A stretch of DNA of 64,000 nt from an uncultured bacterium (GTDB taxonomy: Bacteria; Omnitrophota; Omnitrophia; Omnitrophales; Abzuiibacteriaceae), in the NCBI GenBank assembly GCA_964387845.1, contig CAYLXA010000009.1, positions 42,098-106,097 on the forward strand, read 5' to 3'. Positions 23,701 to 29,100 of the stretch are shown here, in pieces (positions within the stretch are counted from its first letter, which is position 1; each line of letters starts with the position of its first letter). The position numbers were made by a program, and so were the translations under genes. A model generated the notes under the pieces. The model was given only the letters and a program-made list of their open reading frames with translations, had not been told where the DNA came from and ran no database searches.

Positions 23701-25876
23701 TATGAAAACGCGCGATATCAATCGGAAAATCGCGAGTTGCCCATACGCCATTGGCGTTGATGTCGGCAAGGATGGTCCGCAAACGGACTTGATGCGGCTC
23801 AACTGGTTGAACGGAAATAATACCTTCTTCAAATACTTGGGTCGCAGGGCCCTTCCGGCCGCGCGGTTTTACCCACACCCTTTGATAAGCTTGTTTTTCA
23901 AAAGAACCGTCAGGAAGTTTTTCGGGCAATCTGCCGATGCGAAGCTGTTTCAGTAAATTAGACGGCGCATACTCGTCGCCTTCTAATCTTGATAATAGGT
24001 CAAGCTGATCAACGATATCCTCAATACCATGCCGAAGCGCCCAGCCAAACGGCCCGGAGGTGACAACGCCCATTTTTTCGCCGATTTTCCGGTAATTGGC
24101 ATCTTCGCGGGTAATCGCAAAAATACCGTCGTCAAACCGGATACCTTCTCCGATTTTTGTCGGAAAGTAAGTGCCCCACCGCATCGCTGTTTCAACATCG
24201 GCAAGCGTCGCGGTTCCGTCATCCACGGCCCTGGCGGCTTCGTTGACCATGACATAAAGCAGCCGGTTGGGATCAAAACTGCTGACATCTTCGTCGTATT
24301 TAATTTTCCAGCCTTTTTCTTGATTCCAAGTGTTGAAAAGCGAAATGGCTTCCGCATCATCCTCGGGCTTTCCTTTCGGATATTGATAAAAACCCTTGGC
24401 TGATTTGCGTCCGAGGCGTCCCTCCTCCGAAAGCGCTTGCACGATCGGATCCGGGCTGAAATATGAATTCAAGCCGTGATGCAGACTTTCCATGATGGAA
24501 TCGTTGGTATCGTGGCCGATCGTGTCCATCAAATCAAACGGATCCATCGGCATACCGAATTCTTTCGCAGCAGCTACAATTTGCTTAAAAGATGCCTGGC
24601 CCGTGCGCAGCAAACGAAGCGCTTCATTAAAATAGGCATAAAGGACGCGATTGACGATGTAGCCGTTGTTGTCTTTGACAACAACCGCGACTTTGTTCAT
24701 TTGCTTGGCGTAGGTTTTGGCAAGCTTGACAACATTTGAATCTGTGTGAGCAGTCGGCGCAATTTCAACCAACTTCATGAGCGGTACAGGATTAAACGGA
24801 TGAAAGCCGATAACCCGCTTCTTCCATGCGTCCGGCAAATCGGTAATCAAATCGCTCACCCGCAAAGATGAAGTAGTGGTGCCGATCATGCGGAGCGAAA
24901 CCGGCTTGCCCGCTGCCGCGCGCCTTTCAGCCTCCTCAACAACGGCCTTGAAAAGTGCTTTTTTGAAACTGGGGTCTTCGCTGATGGATTCAATCAAGAT
25001 TTCGGGGTCATCTGCGAGGAGCTCTGCTACGTGCTCTTGAATGGTTTCGCCCGTAAAAGTATGCAGGTTTGCTTTCCACGCATCGACTTGGGCGGTCTTT
25101 TCATGTGTTTTTTCGCTGATTTGTGCGTCAATTGCGGCCGCATCGGCTCCCTGCTCGGTTTTTTTCTTCTTCAGCGCTTTAATACCGGTCGATATTTCGG
25201 CGGCAGAATCCAGGGCGGCAACAATACTGTCTTTCCGGTTGGGATCAATCGCTTCATGCATTCGGTCGCGGTGGCGCGTGGCAATACCGACTTGAATACC
25301 GGATGTTAACGAATTAACCGCAACTCCCTTTCCTATAATACCGGCGCCGAAGACCGCTACACGCGATACCGAATGCGGAACATCATTGCGGAGTTCAGAC
25401 CGTACGATCGCGGTGTATGCGAATGCAACTTGCATCGGTGCGGGAATCACAAGCAATGAGTTGTTAATTGACTGGCGAATCGCCGATACGGCTCGCGCCG
25501 CAAAATTAGAAATGGAAGAGACAAGATCAAAAGAAGCGCCTGATGAGCGTACGCTTTCAGTCGCTGCAGAAACTTGATTGCCTGATGCCGGCGTTGTGTC
25601 GAGACCAGTTACAATGCTCGCATTAGGATTCAATTCCTCGTCAACGCGGGCTCTGCTGGTTTTTGCCGCCAGGCCAAGCAAGTCGCGGACTTCAGCTGAA
25701 ACACTTCCTGCGTTTTCGGCTGCTCTAGGCGGAATCGTGTCGTTTTGCTGGCTGACAGACGGAAAAATGTAAGAAACTTCGGAATAAGCGATCGTATTGG
25801 TAAATGAAAATGTGAGGACAAGGACTGCTGAAATAATTTTTTGAACTGATTTTGCCGGCGAATTTTTCATTTTCAT
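8720..25876 (-). CDS. Giant mosaic polyprotein B, 5718 aa, built from acyl-CoA metabolism modules.
   Basis: ORF-track ORF. ATG at 25874..25876, TAA at 8720..8722. A 17.2-kb stop-free frame, which is impossible by chance. N-terminus MKMKNSPAKSVQKIISAVLVLTFSFTNTIAYSE is a Sec-like leader. A-rich upstream region without a classical SD. Confidence 0.85.
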   Translation of the reverse strand: MKMKNSPAKSVQKIISAVLVLTFSFTNTIAYSEVSYIFPSVSQQNDTIPPRAAENAGSVSAEVRDLLGLAAKTSRARVDEELNPNASIVTGLDTTPASGNQVSAATESVRSSGASFDLVSSISNFAARAVSAIRQSINNSLLVIPAPMQVAFAYTAIVRSELRNDVPHSVSRVAVFGAGIIGKGVAVNSLTSGIQVGIATRHRDRMHEAIDPNRKDSIVAALDSAAEISTGIKALKKKKTEQGADAAAIDAQISEKTHEKTAQVDAWKANLHTFTGETIQEHVAELLADDPEILIESISEDPSFKKALFKAVVEEAERRAAAGKPVSLRMIGTTTSSLRVSDLITDLPDAWKKRVIGFHPFNPVPLMKLVEIAPTAHTDSNVVKLAKTYAKQMNKVAVVVKDNNGYIVNRVLYAYFNEALRLLRTGQASFKQIVAAAKEFGMPMDPFDLMDTIGHDTNDSIMESLHHGLNSYFSPDPIVQALSEEGRLGRKSAKGFYQYPKGKPEDDAEAISLFNTWNQEKGWKIKYDEDVSSFDPNRLLYVMVNEAARAVDDGTATLADVETAMRWGTYFPTKIGEGIRFDDGIFAITREDANYRKIGEKMGVVTSGPFGWALRHGIEDIVDQLDLLSRLEGDEYAPSNLLKQLRIGRLPEKLPDGSFEKQAYQRVWVKPRGRKGPATQVFEEGIISVQPVEPHQVRLRTILADINANGVWATRDFPIDIARFHKELGTVLGSAGLMIVTEVGSLASQQNALKVGDMVIMLSGTHDLLVLDAFGGSAQAHRSFRILAYEAKNAFEGSFGQETVLSAIEVVRVEDGAYDFEQLGPVGLVYPTVEHALNVLGVKKDQVLLNEGGAGGTGGPATQLAKFRGAQVITTVSSAQNEEVARKVYGADEVIYRTSISDEASYVAAVDKAMERLGRPGARPNKALFSSGQKMAGLHFAALREGDPKDPNDMGGQAAFFGAGATGFAHEHFGTRDDAPISVMFARAKNLRSNRYRVPRMRRVMVAGSDERAKESVIEAKKNRATVVVVARDQAEEAVIRNWGLLDERTKFGRKVPDGILRLDHVQNVVGLRQAFEVVLKERGIKDKKMKSIIPLSFGKSIFDEVKSGNFGNILENKKFISELGQSEEVVREILSKVQAQLNASAESAGRYFQRMPDPPQVLSDTSTADENSEFEKRQKAFSAYQTSVVLPFGEALGEVFGKRKDGTPFGPDVSVVLWDGEDGEQILNPLTFVGFFSQIIYPNDTSKLSLRYHAANTWMTQVSILLSRKVMLGSHYASGSEASAVVDWIMRGEIIPPPAKLFSWPDLPKAVESQGTGKNNILAGVQEGGIKTIAEAYEKQVHRDQVRNIKLALRVIETAKEQGIVYDPYAAYEPRTPAEDKLSSAVFEAWQAIAHSDSAAVQEALGLEPDTDELFERIENRLPDIFAVAEAYAIARAADPARGDVYIEILKTVPEINIENKSPAEILDEIKTQMQERYQRVAKENEAEGEKINAAYEKLLDVSVASFESHLTAEMQRLQAERAAGEWVFPVEEAKAPYTAEELLEGTSGSDAAGLIGTTGPITVGDANKEAVLREMGDVSQEMLNHFTALALDPSMGIRYRQILLTIGDEDVTNMKHREFRAFLIKRLTERLQKKQQDQDIAIALKEIQEMTAEEFNKRLLRSVDEITAESEQKFREVRGIRSELRAASSGFDADAWLEGYDFDAGTQEPTPEERVGAVAAKAAVSGPVGAPAEWVAQVIEMSGRPANRSELHIALGVLGQAGQYPFTRGIHPSMYVGRFGGRLPVNRKYSGFGTADETRELFLKQIEAGATGLSTAFDLPTQLGLDPTNELTLGEVGKAGISVASLKDYEALFTPEVMKLLTAKRIGVSKTINAPASILLAMFIAAAKKAGVDVKELRGTVQNDIIKEMAVGRRDTFIFPLKPSLRLIRDIFAFAKDAVPYFNTISVTGYHAREAGATAVEELVSAFVSGIEYLTVAQEAGQNVEEVAKQVSFFMNVKMNSLEEVAKYRAGRRIWAQIMKEGFGVQDPRAMHWRVQAYTGGTDLRAHKPHVNIVRDAIRTVTAVFTGAQGFNTTSFDEAIAIPTAESQAISLDTGNIVLNETGITEFIDPLGGAKNSYVETLTDRIERQVWSMLGEYVKQSDLTKVLSDLNERVLQHAYEETKAIDSGTKKVVGVNIETEGDKLAPPVKIFSVDSKGDTFRTKQIEALEELKSERDNTLVAEKLDAVEAAAKSESTNLMPSIIEAVEAYATIGEITERLKNVFGVADRETPWEGEFVPLFNEKLRNYLTEQSAQLASVPEPSFNQPESAQFPYTGGINREIEDAANSYVVNGFELGETGVTAAQELAWSLHKALEFVFAADDSKIQTERARSVVFRLNAGNQFLENVAKFRVARELWATLLKEKGIEDTEAQQLRIIARTDASSLVTEKSWNNIARGALQAFAAKLGGAQKIEVRPFDLPFGIRTRWSAWAEQLAKDTVAVLEYEAGLEGVRDPLGGSFVIEELTSQLIDATRKFLLQDVPVSASDITRAADMKTAKIVAGLTPLVGVTAFREGPNPQPEPLVRDAREPFSKTRVVTTADLVSDDPKIREYAARIFAIAGDQLIDVVRQNPVIYNHSVPVERDLLPAIGHSSAASAGLAVSAENFAKIRVLWGEQDHPLSDVPTGVGVNEFEITVGGADGSPRILDILTDTPDSPRNTITKHIAKFGEGIQQVEIWTPNIEAAAADIVEAAKSKTSGIILVDQAPRPGANGTTVFFTLVSIQGGKKVLTELVQMPRSELRSRHEDNYVAVLGAGKMGSRIAQVAAQNGELWTSLYDISPEMIQKAQKTLQDSFRKAHENGKLSEAQLGQLDNLLDYGTSLPEAVASKGIIIEAAVEDKAVKQALFRQLDKLAKEGAILATNTTTIPIEELAEAVSAERKQYVIGIHFQLPAHVNELVEIVVGRETSPETVERAKMFVRTVGKTAIVVKSQPGFVTSRLIIPVLNHALRIADEGAPATILGGIGVNMENVNFATIDEAFKMALGAAQGAAELVAKYIAPDIVANSQRILHSAYPDQFYAPSPSLLDFESQFNEARRVEFSAGETLPNNVVGAVRDFILGGVFLVAWQLIDENAILDVESPEEAKEGIDVAVRLAFKWEKGIFKQMTEIGAAGVLSLVQEVADRYSVTIPRSLLEWVSDAPQPVNMEDLDLNPSPMVPDHATISMRAQVTSEIEARNYHIVRMIDDAIEKYPKQTIRLARSASAVVPMENQSITYEQLGQWAGRFSAELIRSGIEKGDRVAVMMPNSAYDLAVDLGIWRAGAVRVPFETLWNRSDIVRHLKETGAKALVILTDYYRKDDLRNIVQEFPNLRIYVSDLGEHRLRHGTAKVLDDIFNTPTNGAPSRRPVYEKNIAQLSPSTGTSGTPKIVAQTHANIAATLGQYQDWLKDVEPGPAVIPLQPKTYGTHVVFASMLQGRPIILAPRLPYNQTSASFVDGLAQTLAESNAKLLFAVPAIFHSLAQSGRKFPGLIGLSRGSALGKVKGAFEEATGARLIEGYGLTEATSTITNPINAEKPGTVGKPNRDVVARVVKPGTWDIIAGSQEGELIVSAPQVMREYWNDPKATKEALTQKIGLTWVRTGDLATIDSEGYVTITGRTKNVIITGSQNVNPGEVEKVISNFQGVNEVAVVGINDPAYFDQVVHGEAGVISDDDFAELVGHFDEVVVAFVTEAWFGALKGREEEIIESAKESLAHYKAPKRVVIVSSLPRTGDLQKIDRNRLKSPEFVRSELREISLDQVTNAEVKQALLTAFGNDEAHAVKDLNYRYENWKVVKPDVTADEVAARLAWEYMPREVQNVFPGDNWKFMLLAARAGMKAPILLLDLEDAVATIRKELAREVIIQLIRLFKGEILTQEQVDFLKKNALQANDEKDPIDKYLIELPDDTDYSDYRMLSEDEWDEIHSRNRRFQLKEEARFHKDQMILFRPNNLRTKWSAGDYSIVFRAIGHLIDGIYMPKVFGPQDVRIGVANLRAIQAEQKWVNRPVGSHKVFVLTELPGGTLNAERILSIAPEVEEAQLGVVDYTAATGGKNEVQHEQFPYMRSALLDIVEAGKKTGKVAGTGITVKLEVEPTTADTEKFIKIGMNRKWSVHPNHLKGMEPFLGQFPPVIRKHPDYDYKKLPEIKLADLDKMAADSKPILPPEVFVPRDVSLARSIVSVDVNDYEALNIAMNSEVDIIKINLDSAPASWWQDGSFKDSIQKLKGLMLPGEHEKIIWIETAKSNPIERLKDIFPLLASSVTGIVYQNTQSAKEIRELDGFLSEFEHDYRYLTGGFEIVPSISDPKAIEQEAKAFEESETQSIMRASRRVTAAIFDVDGNMVHEAEDDPTTKGYNYYHSLFIALTAYSKIDAIDGYSSDENVTHEAERVANWGFAGKLAKANQVDEINRLLSPQRADTVGAMPVFDLKTDEGKAAKKEWLKSDAGKAYAKAWKNSTERDLAIIEDYAVADQDRGLGAVGFKDPVTGALEIVDAASARIPFIQMERAMKIPGILSDAEKERYTKARARLLLALRPGGRTEDNALSVFAGQKILGNALIMREWMVKLFAMEGDRNRFHLLKEYAEASKFGALVAHGLLTVSKMLARTQEELPGYEFIGIGDEGSAVESAKFSAPVKFDDVVTPVIEVMSISENGVAKLKIQVVNQAGKVVAEIVANMKPRPADEPFDTSKPTQSQIDQAKAWSEGVTHSVPKQIFDFTDSASPRIQDTSSPNENPSGLLPVTVTEDYLNGVRVIAESNDPRLVNILAAIKVAARMSAEAVPGHLLLNVTDLATFNHDIRPGDVIDIRAIAPAADKIKVTREKLPIVPVTYEARNGKNALLIRANTLKMMDAMEKEVLDKAKAGHPERSEGSATVDSSAAPQNDKALVPFAESTPKSGDFLLYGRANVAEGTLQFPEDLAGHEEINAMNEAIANFFKSAVVPESEKIDSGAVKVEDEGGILQQAGEMGLLGMSVPEEYGLGNFKKIMKTLADMWAWYANPSVGSLVRVHGGVGTLPIVKFGTEEQKRKYLPKLATGEWIGAYALTETAHGSDSLNRESVLKTKAVLKKDETTGEEYYEITGEKAFITNGRFMDVMTVFAMTGENEKSVFIVEFPKDAEARKAAGISISNDYHKTGLHGSSTVDVYFENARVPKENLLGQLGDGNKIGMSILNHGRTAVAAGSWGGALRSFERTLNWSLDRIQFGTQLANWGAVQETLADMEAYTYALESISYSLAGLFDGGVSEPGLEAAAAKAWGSEVLNRLTSEAVQKRGGAGFMVEEQVARTNADARVMTIFEGANEILYSQVIASAVLKYLESEVWKNDRQLLQGWDIPDQSPLQRDWEIVWNVSALVEKAGEELIERFGGAKAIKDKKEVQSYFMAFGKMVSELFALVSVVNRTQHRIDLGLESDHELNMTKVLVLEGVERIQQLESRFSGTYTLTSSEFELDLGSLIKTKHAIAQHTLEKTGKWERSELRKESFESLVSSFKFKPETKNQKLETRSELRLTAVPSSAFGSLDTSSMIPAAVTTRIRSKVEAGRRQFTRARSEEPQAAIRQFMQAQDGAGVETAVGNILTEGLLINEDVLWALPIILENSADPTALIALDPASETAIRAAVADVNSDRFVIVRDFVQARSELRKLGAKNFRIIASKESDATSAEMLKRYASQVVFVGRSEVKALFNAFGITQIAESLRSELRNVIELGRAA
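8750..8764 (-). other. Example RSELR site in B (codons AGA TCG GAA CTG CGT).
   Basis: Plus strand acgcagttccgatct. Reads ...ESLRSELRNVIELGRAA*. In frame (2 mod 3). Confidence 0.9.
8927..8941 (-). other. Example RSELR site in B (codons CGC TCA GAA CTT CGG).
   Basis: Plus strand ccgaagttctgagcg. Reads QARSELRKLGAK. The codons differ from the 8750 site while the peptide is identical. Confidence 0.9.
9341..9410. repeat. Low-complexity direct and inverted repeat patch inside B.
   Basis: ggtttctagtttctggtttttagtttctggtttaaacttgaaactagagactagagactcgaaac. gtttctggttt x2 and its partial complement aaactagagac x2. Encodes SFKFKPETKNQKLETRSELR. Confidence 0.5.
9900..11100 (-). other. Module in B: acyl-CoA dehydrogenase.
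   Basis: EMGLLGMSVPEEYGLG (~10922..10970), WIGAYALTETAHGSDSLN, KAFITNG, QLANWGAVQETLADME, GGAGFMVEEQVARTNADARVMTIFEGANEI. Confidence 0.85.
11800..12200 (-). other. Module in B: MaoC-like (R)-specific enoyl-CoA hydratase hot-dog domain. A second hot-dog-like segment lies at ~11200..11700.
   Basis: KFGALVAHGLLTVSKMLARTQEELPGYEFIGIGDEGSAVESAKFSAPVKFDDVVTPVIEVMS, encoded at ~11885..12085. Confidence 0.65.
13300..14420 (-). other. Module in B: HpcH/HpaI-CitE-like CoA-ester lyase (citrate lyase beta/malyl-CoA lyase family).
   Basis: GMKAPILLLDLEDAVA (~14285..14320), which matches the DLEDAV signature. C-terminal part ERILSIAPEVEEAQLGVVDYTAATGGKNEVQ. Contains an unusually long insertion. Confidence 0.55.
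14590..16260 (-). other. Module in B: AMP-dependent synthetase/ligase (acyl-CoA synthetase).
   Basis: SPSTGTSGTPKIVAQTHANI (~15640..15700), GYGLTEATSTITNP, WVRTGDLATIDSEGYVTITGRTKNVI, PRTGDLQKIDRNRLK. Followed by VRSELREISL. Confidence 0.85.
16400..17515 (-). other. Module in B: 3-hydroxyacyl-CoA dehydrogenase, copy 2.
   Basis: YVAVLGAGKMGSRIAQVAAQNG (~17468..17510), IGIHFQLPAHVNELVEIV, FVTSRLIIPVLNHALRI. Preceded by PRSELRSRHED. Confidence 0.85.
18300..20590 (-). other. Module in B: B12-dependent acyl-CoA mutase family (methylmalonyl-CoA mutase-like). Catalytic barrel plus a second inactive-type barrel.
   Basis: AGQYPFTRGIHPSMYVGR (~20532..20585), GFGTADETRELFLKQIEAGATGLSTAFDLPTQLG, ISVTGYHAREAGATAVEEL. 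A second barrel reads NSYVVNGFELGETGVTAAQELAWSLHKALEF. No DxHxxG B12-binding domain is seen in B. Confidence 0.8.
22900..23900 (-). other. Module in B: MDR-superfamily NAD(P)H oxidoreductase (enoyl or crotonyl-CoA reductase/quinone reductase-like).
   Basis: VWVKPRGRKGPATQVFEEGIISVQPVEPHQVRLRTILADINANGVW (~23837..23880) and cofactor loop EGGAGGTGGPATQLAKFRGAQVITTV (~23296..23330). Confidence 0.65.
23960..25370 (-). other. Module in B: 3-hydroxyacyl-CoA dehydrogenase, copy 1 (NAD-binding domain plus tandem C-terminal domains, FadB/Hbd-like).
   Basis: AVFGAGIIGKG (~25325..25358), FHPFNPVPLMKLVEIAPTAHT, NGYIVNRVLYAYFNEALRLL. A second C-terminal-domain repeat follows (LYVMVNEAARAVDDG). Confidence 0.85.
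25768..25876 (-). other. Leader of B: conserved Sec-like leader.
   Basis: MKMKNSPAKSVQKIISAVLVLTFSFTNTIAYSEVSYIF. Basic n-region, hydrophobic h-region, then A-Y-S before the acidic residue. Confidence 0.6.
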
Positions 25877-26049
25877 AGTTTTTCTTTTCCGTTATCTGAC
25901 TTTTTTAAAGTTTTGACTTAAAGAGCCAAAGCTCCCCCGAGTAATAAGACTGGGATTTATTGTCGGGTGGATTTATTTGTAGAACCGCAACTGAAAGTCA
26001 TGGGTATTACGGAAGTTCTTCCTTTCAATCAGATTTTTACGACAAGCAC

Positions 26050-26078
26050 AAGGTAACATACAGCTTAAACCAAGTCAA
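26050..26078 (-). promoter_or_regulatory. Candidate promoter for B in the 271-nt C-B spacer.
   Basis: On the minus strand: TTGACT (plus strand 26073..26078), 17 nt, then TGt-TACCTT (extended -10-like, plus strand 26050..26058). Weak -10. Confidence 0.2.
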
Positions 26079-26147
26079 ATTTTTTTTAAGATATTAGGTA
26101 GTTTTTTACATCTATAAGGGCTTATTTACCGAATATATAGTATAAAA

Positions 26148-29100
26148 CTACGCTGCCCGAGTCATGCTATTGTACAACTGCTTAGTCCTACTCATCTTAT
26201 CTGCAAGCGCAACAGTGCTAAATTTCACCTTCAAATCTTCTAATGCCTGCTGTGTCAAAATGACAATCCGAATCTGCTTAAGAAACGGGCTTACATCCTC
26301 CCGCACAACTTCGATTTCCCGGGACGAACCTTCCAAAGTTAGGTAGCCGACATCAAAGATTTTTCTTAATGTAAAGCGGCGGGCGGCATCCTTTGCGGAG
26401 CCGACGATCATGATTTTTCCGGAAGCCGGCAGCAGTTGGTTTAAACGATAAAGTAAATCTTTATCCTTCTCATCCCGAGTAATAACCGAAAAAGTCACCT
26501 GGTCACCAAACGCTTTTAAAAATGGGACCGCAAACGCCGAAAGCCCTTCATCAAAGAAGAGGCTGGGCGGAATAATAATACCTTGTGCGGCAGTGCTCTT
26601 TGGCGCCGAGCTCACCGCAGAGTCATTTCCCGTAAAGACTTTCCAAGACGCGGAAACTGCCTCTTCGTTTTTGGTCAACTCATCCGGCGAAACTTGATCG
26701 GCAATGGTTACAAATTCATCCGAATCATTTTCCAAAGCTTCCGGGCGAGTCTCTAAACTCTCAAAGAAATCTGAGCGAAGCTCCGATCTTTCTGCCGGTT
26801 TGGACGGCTTTGGCTTAAAAGCTTCAACCTCCTGATTGTTTTGGATAATCAAATCACGGCCCGCATCCGGATTGAGGCCTGCCACAAATTCGTTAAAGAG
26901 CATCTGGCTTGTTTGATGCGTCAAATCGCTTGATTCACGGCGGATGATCCGGTCGCGGCGAACTTTGTCATCGGTTTCAACTAAAACTTGAATATCCGGA
27001 ACGACGGACAACTCGGGCTTCGCCCTTGATAGAAGTAAATCCCCGAAAACACCAGCTACTAACACGATCTTCTTTCCGGATAATGCCTGCTTTAAATCCT
27101 TCTTAAAACGATTCACGTAAACATAATCGATCCATGTTTTATCCGCATCAGGCACAAACAGAAATCCGTCTTCATCCACGATACGCTGATCTTCCGGCAC
27201 GGTCGGAGGAAGATAGTCATCACTTTCGATATACTGAATATCCTCTGGAAGAACGCCGGCAGTCCCTTGCTTTGTGATGATTTGTGAAAAAGTACTTTGG
27301 CCGCTGCCTGACAGGCCCGCAATCCGGACCACAACCGGATCTCCTGGTTTTTCCGAAAGTTTGGCCCGTATGAGACCTTGTAGTTGAATAAGCCCTTTTT
27401 GAAGGCCGCTTGTGAGCAACTGTTCGGTAAGGGTATCTTCAAACTTCCTAAGTTCCGAACGCTTAGCCCGAGATGGCTCGATGGTTGATTCGAAAATTTC
27501 CCCATTTTCTCTATAGTAGCCAAGATTTCGAAAGCGCCAGTAACGCTGGTTGCGGATTTCGTCCGGGGATAATTTGGACAGAGCTTCTAAATTAACGCGG
27601 ATTCTTTCAACCATCTTTTGAACCGCGGCATTGTGGTCTAGGTGAGCGCCGCCTGCCGGCTCTTCAACAATTTCATCCACGATTTTAAGCTCTTTCAAAC
27701 GTTCCGGTGTCAACGCCAATGAATCGGCAAGTAAAGCCACGTGTTCTGGATCATAATCCCGGAAAATAATTTTGGAAGCCGATTCGGGAGCAATCACGGA
27801 ATAATAGGCGTTCTCTTGAATCAAGACCCGGTTGCCGAGCGCAAGCGCCATCGCGCCGCCTGAGCCGCCTTCGCCCGTAATCACAATAATCACGGGCACC
27901 GTCAGATTGGCAAATGTAAGCAGGTTGAGCGCCACTTCTTTGGCAATTCCGTTATTTTCACCTTCCGGCCCCGAAAAACCGCCCGGTAAATCTAAAAAGG
28001 TAATCACGGGGAGGCCGTTTGCTTCCGCGTGCTTCAGCAGCTGGCGTGAAAATTGGTAACCGCCATGGAGCGGCATTGCAGAATGCAGCCGTCCCTGTTC
28101 CCACTGGTAAAGGTACGAACCTGTCTCGTTCTCCGGGTATTTTTTCCTTTCGACTTTACCAGCTTGGCCTTTTTGTGTACCGATCACTACCACTTCTTTT
28201 CCATGATCCATGCGAACCACGCCGCCCACCACTGCCGGGTCTTTTTGATTGGGCCATACCGTAAACCGGCCTAACGCATTCATATATTCCATGACACGCG
28301 GCCTAAATTGGTCTTTTCCATTAATACGGGCTAACTTGACTACTTCAATCGCTGCGCGGCCGTTTTGTTTGGGTGTAAAATCATTGGGAATTTTTGGCAA
28401 TGCTACTGCCGGAACGGCTCGATACTTTCCGCGCAATTCTTGATCGCGGCCCGTTTGATAAAACCTTTCGATCAGGACAGATAAACGGGCTTTTTGGTCT
28501 TTCCGATGCAGAATTCCGTCAATTAAAAGCCCCTCGAACCAAATTTTTGAGTTCTGAAAATCGGCTCCCAGTAAATGAGCGGTTTTTTCGGTAATTCTTA
28601 AAAATTCCCGGGTCACCCGCTCGCCGGCAAATCCGATCCGGGCTTCGGGTTCTGCAAACAGCAAATCGCCCTGGTTAGAGAAACTGACGGCAGGGCCGGC
28701 AAGCGTGGGATCTGCCATCAATGAAATATAAAGGCCGCCTTCCCGTTTGTATTTGGCAATCGCAACGCTGACTTTGCCCAGCTGCATCATTGAAGTATTG
28801 CCTTCTAAAATGCGTGCGCCGCCTGACTGCGACACAATCACGAGCGGCAGACCTTCTTCATTGGCGCGTTCAACTAATCTCGCGATTTTCTCGCCCATGA
28901 CGGAACCAAAAGTTCCGGCAATAAAATAATATTCTAAAACGGCAATCGCTACTTTGCGGCCATTGATATAGCCAACGCCGGTCACGATGGCGTCCTTTTC
29001 TTTCATGCGCTCCTGATTTTCGGCGATGTCTTCCGCATAAGTTTTCTTGCCTTTAAAATTCAGAAAATCCACGGGTTCGAGGCCAGCATTCATTTCTTCA

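Noticed and set aside
25877-26147. A terminator or small hairpin (ggaag-tt-cttcc) and possible small genes in the 271-nt C-B spacer.
   Set aside because: There is only a 5-bp stem and no ORF of meaningful size. It is treated simply as a promoter-bearing spacer.
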